NCBI RefSeq assembly: GCF_009914755.1
Contig: NC_060938.1
Direction: 5' to 3' (one strand)
DNA: 64,000 bases
Source of the DNA: the human T2T-CHM13v2.0 reference genome, Homo sapiens
Shown here in pieces: positions 27,290 to 41,200 of the stretch. Numbering within the stretch: the stretch's first letter is position 1; every line of letters begins with the position of its first letter. Both the position numbers and the translations under genes were made by a program. The notes beneath the pieces are model-generated. The model was not told the DNA's origin, searched no databases, and saw only the letters and a list, made by a program, of their open reading frames with translations.

Positions 27290-29720
27290 CCCCTCACGCC
27301 TGGCTCAGTCACCAGCAGGAGGAGGGCACCCTCCAGAGATTGCAGGAGAAGGGGGAGGACTCCTCCTTTCCCTAGGTGCACCTCCACTGCTGCCACCAAG
27401 GCCTGGTACAGTACCCACAGGTTCCTCCCCATCCCCAGGTCGGGCTGGGCCCTGCAGCGCTCCTACTCCCCCTTCCCAGCCCCCAGACTTAATGCTGATA
27501 CCACCACTAGCACCGATGCCAATACAACCGCTGTCACCCTCAATGCAGCAGCCCACCCTACAAGGCTCCTACCACCTTGCCCCCGCGGGCACCCTCCTAC
27601 CACTCCAGTCGAGCTGCAGTCTCCGTCGCTGCCACCAATCTCGTGAGACCAGCTGCAGAGCCATATGCAGGCTCCAGTTTACCACAGGTGACTCTTCCTT
27701 GTCCTCCTCCTCCATCCTGGCTTGGAGCAGCTGGGAGGGCAAAGCCAGAAAAGCCTAGAATGGGATGCAGAGAGTGGTAGCCTTAGAGCCTCACCTTGTC
27801 ACGCTGGCCACTGGGTGGCAAGGACCAGTTTCAGGAAAGACACTCACACCCACCCTCCAAAGTCCAGCTTCTCCTTCTGGCAAAGCTGGCCAGGAACTGG
27901 GGCCTGAGGTGGGTGTGAGTGCCTTCGCTGAAAGTGCCCCCGTTCAGGTGCAGCTGGCCAGAAATTGCTGGGCCCACCAGGGCTGCACTCCTCCAGGAGT
28001 AGGACTAGGAAAAACTCAGACCTAGGCAGCCCTCCCCACCCAAGTGCTGGTTCCTGTTCCTGACGCCTCCACCTACAGTGCCCTGGCCCCACAGTCCCCC
28101 ATGATTCCCACTAATCCCTGCCCGGTAGTCCCAGGTGGTCTCCCCAACAGGCAGCATGAGGCACAGGCTGGGGAACCACGGGGGGTGTGGGGGCCCTGCT
28201 GTGCTCACAATTGCATGAGCAGGAGAAGATTACCCTCTAGAGTCTGGAATCTGGGAAAAGAAGAATGGTCACTGGAAGGAGAAAGGAGGCCACCACTGTT
28301 GCTGTTGCTGCCACCTCTGCAGCCCAACAATGCCACGCAGTGTAGCCCCTGACAGCACCCCTAACCTGCCTGCCCCTTGCCATCAGCAGTGTAGCCCCGG
28401 GATAGCACACCCAACACATCCCGTGCCAGTTGCAGGCATATAACCCCAGTACCCCCCCAAGCCACCACCCCCAACAGGCAGTGTAGCACATTACAGGGCC
28501 CACAACCCGACCCAGCCAAGGGGGTTGCTGCACTAGTCAGTGCCCCAAACCCGCCCCCCCCCAACCCCACCACGGGCAGTGCAACTCCTGATAGTGCACC
28601 CCAAGTAAGTGAAGTGCAGCACTCGATAACACCCCGAAACCACCGCCCACTGCCAGCATTATAGCTCCAGATAACCACCCAACCCACCCCCTGCCGCAGG
28701 CAGTGGAGCAGAAAATAGTGCCCCTAACCCATCACCCACAACCAGCAGTACACATTAGTGCACACAATCTGCCTCCCTCCACTACCCCCGCCACCGCAGG
28801 CAGTGTAGCCAGTGATAGCCAGCCAACCCCCCCAACCGCCAGCAATACCCCAGAGAGTGCCCCGAACCAGCTGCCTGCCACAGGGAGTGCAGCCTTGGGC
28901 AGTGAGCCCCAAAAGGACACCCAACCCCTGCCCCCAGAGGTGGGCAGTGCAGCCCCAGAAAACTCACCTACCCAACGGCACGTCTACCACTCTGGAAGAC
29001 CTGCAGTGTCCGACATCACCACCAATCGCAGCGAGGCGAGCTGCGGTGGCGCAAGCTCCAGCCTCCAGCATGCGTCCGTGCCTCTCCCTTCTACTCTTCC
29101 TCCTGCTCGGCAGGAAAAGCTCCCTCTGCAGGCCACCCTTCGACCGCTCCATCCCCACCACCAACCGGAGACAGCCAGTGCCCTGGCTCCAGCTGGCAGC
29201 AGATGGCGGTCCCCTCTCCTAGTTCTCTAAGCGAAGAACAGCACACCACCACTGAAGAACCTGAAATGACCTGAGGTTGCCCTCACTGTGCTTTATATAC
29301 TGAGGTTACGCACATGCGTTCTTGGACTACATGTTCTGATTGGATGAGAGAAAAACCTCTAGGCCTACTCTGATTGGGCTTTATTTTCATGCTGTGATTT
29401 GTTGTCTTAAGACTTGCTCTCATCCAATCAGAACATGATAATAAAGTCCAATCCCAGTAACCCTGGAGGGTTTTTCTCATCCAATCAGAACATGCAGTCT
29501 AGGAACCTTCATCTATATGTAACCTCAGTATATGAACGATCCTGAAGGGAAGGCTGCCCCTTTAAGGTTCCCGTATCTTCCTGTAGAGCTGCTCAGGGCC
29601 CAGCTTAGAGGACCGGGAATGGGTAATCACAGGCCGTACGCTGGAGGCTGGATCCGCGGTAGGACAGCTCGCCTCGCTGCGGTTTGTGGTGACGGCAACG
29701 GAGAAAGCAGTGTGGCGCAA
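27290..29720. repeat. GC-rich pericentromeric repeat, REP522-like, largely palindromic
   Basis: GC-rich; ~40 bp cagtgtagcccc.gatagc units at 28330-28960; large inverted repeat 29009-29702. Family name is from recall. Confidence 0.6.
29285..29540. promoter_or_regulatory. Putative palindromic bidirectional promoter (CCAAT x5, two TATA-like boxes)
   Basis: ATTGG at 29339 and 29373; CCAAT at 29424, 29448 and 29481; minus-strand GTATATAAAG 29291-29300; plus-strand GTATATGAAC 29528-29537; symmetry centre gtcttaagac 29404-29413. Confidence 0.55.
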
Positions 29721-30940
29721 GCGGTAGGAGGAGGAAAATAGTTTTGGGATAGATGGAGGGAGGTAAAGAGGGTGGTTAGTGACAAAGGGAAAAGAGAATA
29801 GCGAGCAGGAGAAGGTGTTGCAAAAAGACAGTGGGGAAAAGATGGTGGGAAAAAAGTTTTTGGGTAAATGGAGGGGGAGAAACAGGGTGGGGAGCGGGAG
29901 GGAGGGAAGGTTTTGCAGAAAGACAGTGGGTAAAAAGTTTATGGGTAGATGGAGGAGAAGAGGGTGGCAAGGGGGAGGAGGAAAGAGGGTGGGAGGGAAA
30001 TGGGGGCAAGCAGTAGGGAGAGAAGGTTTTGTGAAAAGACAGTGGGGAGAAAAGTTTTTGGGTAGATAGAGGGGGAAAAGAGGGTAACAAGTGGGGGAAG
30101 GGAAAAGGGTGGCCAGCGGGAGGAAGACAGGGTTTTGCAAAAACACAGCAGGCAGAAAAGAAAGACGGGGCGGGGAAGAAAAGATGATGGGTAAAATGTG
30201 TTTGGGTAGATGCACGGGGGAAAGAGGGTGACCAGGAGGAGGAGAAAAGAGGGTGGCGAGAGGGAGCAGGGAAAGAGGGTTGGGGAAAAAATGGAAAAAT
30301 AGTTTGGGGTAGATGGAGGGCAAAACAGAGTGGAAAGCAGGATAGGGCAAAGAGGATGAGTGGGAAGGGGGAAATACTGAAAAGACGGTGGGGAGAACTT
30401 TGAGGGATAGATGGAGGGGGAAAAGAAGGAGGTGAGCAGGAGTGGGGAGAAGGCTTTCCGAAAAGGCTATGGGGAAATGTTTTTGGGTAGATGGAGAAGG
30501 GAGAGGGTGGCAAGGAGGAGCAGGGGAAAGACGATGAGGAAAACAGTTTTTGGGTAGATGAAGGGGGAAAAGAGGTTGGTGAGCGGCAGGAGTGAGGAGA
30601 AGGTTTTGGGAAAAGAGGGGGGAAAATATTTTTGCTTAGATGAAGGAGCAAAAGATGGTGATGAGAGTGGGACGGGGAAAAAGAAGGTGGCCAGGGAGAA
30701 GGGGAAAAGACGGTGGGAGAAAACAGTGGGGAAAGTGTTTGGGTAGATAGATGGGGAAAAGGCTGGTGAGCGGGAGAGTAGAGAAGGCTTTGCGAAATGA
30801 CGGTGGGGGAAAAATGGTGGGGAAAAAGTTTTGGGGTAGATGGAGGAAGAAAATGGGTGGCGAGGGGGAGGAGGCCAAAGGCGGTCGGGAAAAGAAGGTG
30901 GAGAAATAATGGTGAGAGACAAAGGTTTTGGGTAGATTTT
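29720..30940 (+). repeat. G/A-rich degenerate tandem repeat
   Basis: About 10 recurrences of a motif like aaagtttttgggtagatggagggg, alternating with gaaggttttgcaaaaagacagtgggg. Confidence 0.9.
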
Positions 30941-31255
30941 TTAAAATCAGATTATTTGTATTTTTGCTTTTGAGTAGTTTGAGTTCTTTATATATTTTGT
31001 GTATTAACCCCTTGGCTGATGCATAGTTTGCAAATATTTTGTTCCATTCTCTGGGTTGTTTCTTCATTCTACTGATTGCTTCCTCTGCTTTGCAGAAGGT
31101 TTTAAGTTTAATGTAATTACATCTTTGCCTTTGTTGCTTATACTTTTGACAAGTTTAATGTAATTACATCTTTGCTTTTGTTGTTTGTGCTTTTGATGTC
31201 TATTTGTGCTCAAGATTTCTATACATTATGTTCATTGTCTGCTTTATCAGTAAAA
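30941..31255 (-). mobile_element. L1 fragment
   Basis: gagttctttatatattttgtgtattaacccc...tttgcaaatattttgttccattct. Confidence 0.75.
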
Positions 31256-31259
31256 GTAT

Positions 31260-31378
31260 AGTAGAGACTGGGTTTCACCATGTTTGCCAGGCTGGTCTCG
31301 AACTCCTGACCTCAGGTGATCTGCCCTCCTCAGCCTAACAAAGTGCTGGGATTACAGGTGTGAGCCACCGTGCCCAGC
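31260..31378 (-). mobile_element. Half Alu (left arm only) at the L1/MED15 duplicon junction
   Basis: Begins abruptly at gtagagactgggtttcacc. Confidence 0.9.
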
Positions 31379-31719
31379 AGTCATCTTCTTTCTTAGATGG
31401 AGTCTTGTGTGAAACACACCACAGAAGTTATGTTCACTTACAGCTGGGGGAGACTGACCACCTTGTGTGACAAGGTTGGAACCCAAGTGCCACACTTCCC
31501 TGTGTGTCTCCACATGTCCTCAGGCCTGCTGGGGGCTCCCTTGTCCTGGTCTTTCATGCAGAGGAAAGACGTAGTGTGTGTTGAGAGCCAGCCTGGTGGT
31601 GGGACGTAGTGACTGCCCAGCCAGTGGAAGCTGCTGCTCTTGCCTCTTTGGACCGTCCCTCCCCTGTCCAGGACCTCACTTCATCTAAACACCTCAGGTC
31701 AAGCCCAGCAGGAAAATGA

Positions 31720-32377
<658 letters not shown>

Positions 32378-35300
32378 AAACTTCCCTTTTCTTTCCATTT
32401 CTTGGTATTTGGAAAGTGAGCAGCCATGGAACAGCCGGTGTTTTCAGCTGGTGCAGACCCAGCTAGTATGCTCGTAAGACTTCTAGCTGAAGGAAGTGTC
32501 CACCCTGCAGTCTCGCTGGCATCCCATCACCTTCCAGAAGCAGGATGCCAGCTGTGTGTGCTCTTGGCTCTGTGCTCGGGGTGCTGGTCTTGCCAGTTTT
32601 CCCACCCCTTGTTTCGGGTGAGGTCCCACCCAGCTGGCATGGGAAGGAGGATGGGGATTGGTCACCACTGTGGTTTGTTGCAGAGTGAGTTTGGTGGCTG
32701 CCTTGCCTGGGCCCAGCTCCCATGTTTCTCCCGCTTGGCTGCAGCTCCAGCCCTGCTCTGTCCCCCGTAGCTTCCTGCCCAGCTCCACACTGCAGCCTTC
32801 CCAGCACCCAGAAACAGCACAAACCCCACAGAACTCCAGTGTCCCCTCCCCTAGTCCTTTACACACACCTGCTAAGCCAGGCCTGGGACCCACAGCTCCA
32901 TCATGTGAGCTGTACACGGCCCGGCAGGTTGAGGTGCTAGGTCACCCCTCACCTTTACAAGGCCTCAGGTCATACCATTCATGCGTGCTCTGGGGCCCTC
33001 AGAGCCCAAGCTCCCAGCCTGAGGGTCTAGGGCTGAGGCCTCACCCACCCATAGTCCTGCAGTGACCCCAGCTCTGTCATGAGTCCAGCCGGCTCCAGCC
33101 GGGCCAGGAGCAGCTGTACTGGGACACGCTGAAGCAGCTGTCCAAGCACATCAAGCCCCTGCACCGCGTGGTCAACAAGATCGACAAGAGTGAAGGTGGG
33201 CTGCGGCCGGGGTGGGGGCCAGTGCCCTGGGGATGCCACCAGGCTCGTGTCTTATGGTCCCCTCTGCTGTCCCAGACAGAAAAAAGGACCTGAGCAAGAT
33301 GAAGAGCCTTCTGGACATTGTGACAGACCTCTCCAAGCAGTGAGTTTTGCCCACAGCCAACGTAGGGTCCACAAGGGCGTGGGTCGTCCAGCCATGGATG
33401 GGCATTTGGTGATGATGTGGGGTTAGCAAAGGCCCCAGGCAGCTCTTTGGGCCCTGGACAGAGGCCTCCAAGTCTCCACTCTGGTGTGTGCTGGGGCTTC
33501 GAGCCCAGGCTTCATCTTGGCCGGTGCCCAGCCTTTGCCCTACTCCTGACCACTGCTGCGGCCCTCATGCTGGCCCATCACAGCCAGGTCTCATCCAGCC
33601 AGTAGTTGGGGGCCCAGCTTGCAGTGACCTGAACATCAGCTGGCCGTGATGGGCCTGAGCATGACCTGGAGTTCTGCCCCTGACTTCCCGGTGACCATGG
33701 ACAGGGGACTGCATCTCAGTTACCCCATTTGCAACCCATGTGTGCTGTCATGAAAATGAAACAAGACGGTGCTGGTGAGAAGCAGGTGGAAGGCAGGGCC
33801 ACCGGCCACGGGCTGCTGTGAGCTCGGGCAGCACCTCAGAACCGCATGGGCGTTGGCCTATACTTCCCTGTCACCTAAACTCAGGGTGTCCCCCCACCCC
33901 CGTCTAGAAGTGTCTCTCTGTTTTGCTTGTCTGGATAGAATGCCAGTCACTATTGGGTGGTCCTCCAGGCCTTCTTGAGTTGATTCTTCATTAGGGTTAT
34001 AGGACTGAGCAGGACAGGGACTGGCCTAGGTGCAACTGAGGCCTTTCCAGCCTGGTCAGGGTCCCGGCCACTGTCCCTTCTCTTGACCCACTGCCTCACT
34101 GCCAACAGGGATGGGCAGCTCCTAGGGGTGAGGGCCACCTGCCTAGACTCTGGGTCTGGGAACAGCTGGTCAGCTGAAGGGAGCTCCTGCAGAGGTTTCT
34201 GAGGGCCGAGGCCCAGTGGCAGTGGTTGGGATCCCAGATCCCAGCCTGAGACCTGCCATGTCTCCCAGCCCTCCAGCACAGAGCTCAGCCCAAGTCCCCT
34301 CTCTCTGCAGGTCCCCTGAAGACCTTGCCAAAGTGTGAGATCGCCCTGGAGAAACTCAAGAATGACATGGCGGTGGTGAGTGGGATGCTGGGGACCCCTG
34401 GGGGATCGGGGCTCCCTCAAGAGCTCCTGGGGGCACCACTGGAGGGGCCTTCATGGTCAGGCTGGGTGGGGGCTGGGCCTGATCTGAGACCCTGCCCACC
34501 AGGCCTCTTCCAGGCCAGGTTTGCTGTGCTGGGCGGGAACGTGGGAGAAGTCACCCTCTGTCTGTGGCCCCCGTGGGTGCCTCTGCCACCCGGTCCAGAG
34601 ACAGCAGGGACTCTGGGGAGGACAAGGCTGTGGGGGTGGGGATTATACCCAGGATCGGCCAACATTGTCTGCACAAGGGTGGAGGCTGAGAGAGAGGCCT
34701 CGGGAATCTGGCTGTGAGTGAGGACTGGCCAGAGGTGGGAAGGCCCCCTAAATGGAGAACCCTCAGGTCCCGGGCTTCTGACCGTGCGCATCCTACCGCC
34801 AGCCCGCTGCCCCTGGTGCCGCTGACCAAACAGCAGTACCTATGCCAGCAGCTCCTGGATGCTGTCCTGGCCAATATCCGCTCACCCTCTTCAGCCATTC
34901 CCTGTACCGCACATTCGCTCCAGCCATGACTGCCATCCACGGCCCACTCATCACATACATCCAGCTGGGCTGGGCTTTGCAGAGGGCGGATGGCCAGCCC
35001 TGGACCATGTGTGCCCACTGTGGTCACCATGCTGCCTCCTCACGTCCACAGTGGTGTGCACCCGGAAGCACAGGCTTGAGGACGATGAGCGGCAGAGCAT
35101 CCCCAGCATGCTCCAGGGCGAGGTGGCCAGGCTGGACCCCAAGTGCATGATAAACCTGGACTCTTCTCGCTGCAGCAACAATGGCACCGTCCACCTGGTC
35201 TGCAAGCTGGGCGAGCGTCCAGGAGGGCCAGGCCGGCACAAGTTCGCAAGCCTTGTCCACAGCACCAGGTCTCTGCCATCCGAGCCGGAGGGCACCGTGC

Positions 35301-37139
35301 CCAGACCCCACCCTGTGTTCACACCCCAGCAGGCTGTCTGCTTTGTCTTCACATACACGGAGCCCAGGACAGACTGGCCATGCCTCTGCCCCCACGCACC
35401 CTCACCTCCCCAACACAGATACGGCTCTGCTTGCCTGGGGCCCTAGGGAGGTGACAGGCAGGACCTCTGGGCACCCATTGACGCAGGGCACTCTGGGCTT
35501 CAGGTTTGGAAATCTGAGAGTCAGAGAGACATCCAGGCTTTGCCGCAAGCCTCACCAGAACCTCCCGGGGTGTGAAGAGTCCTGTTCGGGAGCAGGGCTG
35601 TGAGGCGGGGCAGGCCAGGGCTCGTCCGGGTCACAGGTACAGCCTTGTGTGTTGCAAACGACAAGGACCTCCCAAGTGTGCCACCATGTGCCCACCCACT
35701 ACCATGCCCAGAGTCCACTGTGGATGGACTGGCAGTGGCTGTACAGTGGGCAGACCCAGAGGTGCTGTCTGGGGGCCCAGGGCAGGCAGGGGTCATTCTG
35801 GAAAACCAAGCTTCTAGTGCTGCAGGGACAGCCTCTGTGCCCCTCCCCGGCTCAGGCCCCTTCCTCCCCTCTTCTGGCTCCTCCTGTGTGGAATCTCTCA
35901 GGTTCCAGTGGTAACCTGAGAGATAGGAGTCTCTGCTCTTCTGTGTCCCTTTGCCCCTTCATCTTGTGTCCGGTCAGCTTTCCAGGGTGGCTGTGTTCAG
36001 TGGCTGAGGGGTGAGAAACCCTACGGCTCAAGGACAGACCCCACTTTTCCCAGAGGCCACTAGGGAGCTCAGTGGAGCTGACAGGTCCTACCAGTAGCTT
36101 GGGCACACAAGACCCCATCTGGGTGATGTGTCTCCAAAGAGAGTCATGTTGACAGGAGTCAGTCTCCCTGAGCCCAGAGCTGGCACATAGCAGAGCCAGG
36201 GCTGGGTCCCCAAGGTTGTCAGAGGCAAAGCCTTGAGCTCCAAATCCCGTTCAGATTCAGTTCTTCACTGATGATGAGGCTCCGGGAGGAGAGCCTGATG
36301 GCCAGGCAGGCAGCGTGCAGGGATCCTCCTGGTGCTTCAGCCAGTCCTGGGGCTGCCACTTCCCAGAGCACTGCCGGGTGTGCAGGGCGTGGGTGCAGCG
36401 CCAGCTGCCTCAGGCTCATGCCCACTGTTCGGTTGCAGGCACCAACCCCTTCCTCAGGTCGATGCACCACCGCGTGACCTCCAGGCGGCTGCAGCTCCCG
36501 GACAAGCACTAGGTTACCACCTTGCTCAGCACCTGTGCCCAGAGCATCCACAAGGCCTGCCTCTCGGCTGCCTAGCCAGGACTGCAGGGATGGCCCGCAG
36601 CCTCATCGGGGCCAAGGATGCATGCCTCCTGTCAGACACTTCTAGATGTTGGCGTCCATGGAGAGCCTGGAGTTAGGTTAGCTTTCCTCCTTTTCTCTCC
36701 TGCCTTGGGGATCTGCCAAATGAAATCCCACACTTGTACAGACTGATAGGTGCGCAGTGGAGTGTGCTGCCTGCAGGGAGTTGGCTGTCTTCTTGGAGAA
36801 GGCACTCCATGTGACTTCCTCCATGAAGCCAGACACAGTCCCCAGCCACGATCCTCGGGCTGCTCTCACCACGGCCTGTCCAGGGTCCGGGTGCATCTCA
36901 GCAGCATGAGGTTGTGCTCAGGTTGTTGTTAGCGTGTCTTGTGTGTGCTCGACACACCCCTGCTGCTTTCTATAGGAGAACACAGAGGACATAGGAAACC
37001 CTTCAAACACACATGGGACTCTCTGCTCACAGTTTTGGGTTCAGGCTGCACTGCTTTGGGCAAGTGGGGCACCCCCTAGGGAAGCCCCTGAGTCCAGGGC
37101 ACAGGATGCCTCTTTCAATACTTGTTTTTTTTCTCATAC

Positions 37140-38215
<1,076 letters not shown>

Positions 38216-41200
38216 TTTACTTTTTTTGGAAATTATTCTTAAATAAGGAAAAATTCTGATATCTACTACTTGTTCTCTGATCTTATCTTCCTGTGCAATG
38301 GCTGCATTAGAGAAGAGTCGTTAGATAGTTACACTTAGTTACATCAAAGTAAATACATTTGTTTAATCAAAGTTTCAGCTTGATCTAAGGTGAAACACCT
38401 CAACTTAGAGTGAGGAAAAAATACAGTTGAAAGAGAGCAAACAGTAAAACCAGAATTTATTACATCATTTAATAAAACATTTGCCTAGGCGTTAAGGGGC
38501 AGTTATAAATATAAAACCAAACTATTTGTAAGTTTTGCCATCTCTCTTCTGTAGTGACATTCTTGAATATAAATGTGTGCATTTAAATAGCTATTCTTCC
38601 CTTCTGAGGACTACAGCCCTTCAGTGTTCTTGGGTATAATAACAAATGCATGTTTCACTTAATCACAGAAGATGGTTCATTTGTGTTGTAGATATGCATG
38701 TCTGCTTTTTAACTTTGAAAGACAGCCCGTTTACTTGGACATTTGTATTATGGGTCCACAGTTGGTATACAGTCTACTATTTCTATGTTATATATATGTT
38801 TACATAAAGGCATTCATGTCAAAATCAGATAGTTTTGTGTTCTTTTAAAGAAGAAAAGGAAGGAAATATGTTATAATAATAGGTGATATTAGATCTAGAA
38901 TATAATTATTGGATTTTTGGTTGAAAAACATCTATGATTATTTTAATTCATCCTATGTCTCTGTAATGGAAACATATTTTCCATAAGTTTACCTTTCTCT
39001 GAATTCTTTCTGTTTTATGAATGTTCTTCAGGCAAAATGCGTGCATTCTGTACCTCAAAAGAGATGGAGTGCCATCGAAGGAAAAAGCAAATTTTACAAT
39101 TAAACTAGTGAATACAGAGATTGTCTAGATAACATATTTCATTAATTCTAAGAAGCACTTATTTTTACTCTTCTCTGAAATTGGGAGTGTATCTTATTTT
39201 AGATGGTGTCTTACAATTGACAGTGTGTTTTCATTCCTTTTGGGACATCAAATAATGCTGCATCTTAAAACGGACAATACTGTAGAGTCTGTGAAATACT
39301 TGCGTATATGTGTGGGGAGTGTTTGTTAATGAGTTACCCAGTGTGGAGATTTGTGAGAACTATAGACCAAATATTTTTTCCCTTATGTTTTTACATTGGA
39401 AAATAGTTTTTTAAATAGGAGGCTTTTTACAACCTGATATTAAGCTTTGAGTATTGTAGTAGATTTTCATTGTTTCATTAGATTGATTAAAAAATAATAT
39501 AAATGGTGCAAAAACAATTTCCATTTTGTAAGCTTAATAATACTGACCTTATGCTTACTACTGAGTGTTTCTACTTATACCACACATTTGGTAGTATAAA
39601 AATAGCTTTTTTCAAAGTTTTCTCATAATAAATTTCTTTTAAAAGGTTGGATAGCTATTATCCTGAGTCTTATGTCTGATACCATGTTTTTGTTTTGTTT
39701 TTAGAGTCTTATATTTAAAGAAAAAGTAACAAGCCTTAAATTTAAAGAAAAACCTACAGGCCTGGAGACAAGAAGCTGTAAGTATCTTCTCTTGTCCATG
39801 GTGAAACTAATTCATGCAGATCCAGAGCTCTTGCTTTGTGTAAGTGTTTTTTTATGAAATGTGTCAAAATTACCACACTAAGTTCATTTGGTTTAACTGA
39901 AACGCCAAGACCTTGAGGGTAATTTTTAGCTCAAGAGCACTTACTGATCCTTTCTGATCATAACTGAAAACTAAGACGTCTCTAAGAAACCTAATGTATA
40001 ATGAATACTGATATAATTAGATCAGATTCTTAATTGCCCTTACCATTTCTTAACATTTCTCTTTCTTCTTAATTTCCGTATCATTCAACTGACATGCTTA
40101 ACATAACTAAGCTTCTCCAAACTTGTATTCATTATGGGAGAATGCCGTTCTTATGTCTGGTTATATCTGCATTAGGTTATTGTTGATGGTAGTAACAATA
40201 AATTTTATGTTACTGCAGCTCACAAGTGTATTTTTACATCTGCAAGAAATTAACTAGTCATTAAATGCTTAGTAGCACAGAAATTCTCAAGTGGTTGCAG
40301 GAAATTTTGATCTGCAGGAATAAATTTCTTTCTTAAAAATAAGGTAAACGAAATGACATCTTTAAAAAATGAGAGAATATTTGGAATGGTGATGGGGAGA
40401 GATTAAGAAAGTGTTTTATAGCCAAATTAGTTTCTATTTCAGCTCCTCCTTCCCCCCAAGGTTCTCAAAAGGATATATATGTGCAGAGGACAAGGGCTGG
40501 CAAATTAGCATTTTAAAATTATTCTGAAGCTTTGGCCGTAAAACCACACTGTTGATGAATTCTAGTTCTAGTTGAGTTACATAGGTCTCTATGGGACAGG
40601 CTAGGAAAAGTGGGGGCTGCTATAACCAAAGTAGCTTGAGGAGCATATTCTATCTTTACTCTCAAGTTCACACATAGACATAATTCATACGTAAAATTTA
40701 ACATATAGCTTCTATAATTAATCTAAGAATTCTATTATGGCATAGATTTGGGAGTACTTGATTTAATGAGTTTTTTGTCCAGTTCTAGAATCATAGCTCT
40801 GAGAAATCATAAAGGCCTAGATGTCGTGGCTAGACTAGTCCAGAGAATTATCTATCAAGAAGCAAAAGGGAAAAGGTTGAGGGTCCTCAATCTAGGTTTA
40901 TTTCTATTCCTCCAATAAGGGTTTCACATCTTGAAAATTTCACGACACTTCTCGGGGTGGAGTGAAATTTTTTGATTCTGCACTATTGAAACATGGTGAG
41001 GTTGTGGCAGATAGAGAAGAGTCTTACATTTCTTCTAACATATAGTTTCTATAGTTAATCAATTTAGGAATTCTATTATGGCCTAGTTTTAGGAGTACTT
41101 GATTTAATGAATTTTTATCTGGAACTAGAAGCATAGCTGTGAAAAACCTTAAATGTATGAAACTCATATCCTTTTCAGTATTATACAGCTTGTTATTAAT

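Noticed and set aside
27197-29230. Overlapping Pro/Ala/Ser-rich ORFs (up to 175 aa)
   Set aside because: GC-rich repeat sequence, open on both strands and in multiple frames; no recognisable domain.
29562-30922. Long minus-strand ORFs (262, 291 and 151 aa) rich in P/F/S/L
   Set aside because: They come from the stop-poor C/T-rich strand of the G/A tandem tract, are open in several frames and show no protein-like features.
28330-30940. Repeat-spacer-like periodicity suggesting a CRISPR-type array
   Set aside because: Units are degenerate with related, non-unique spacers, the context is primate DNA, and there are no cas genes.
32426-36932. Dense ORFs over the MED15 region as a functional gene
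   Set aside because: They mix exon remnants with GC-rich intron; frameshifts, an in-frame TAG (~36510) and broken splice sites preclude a MED15 product.
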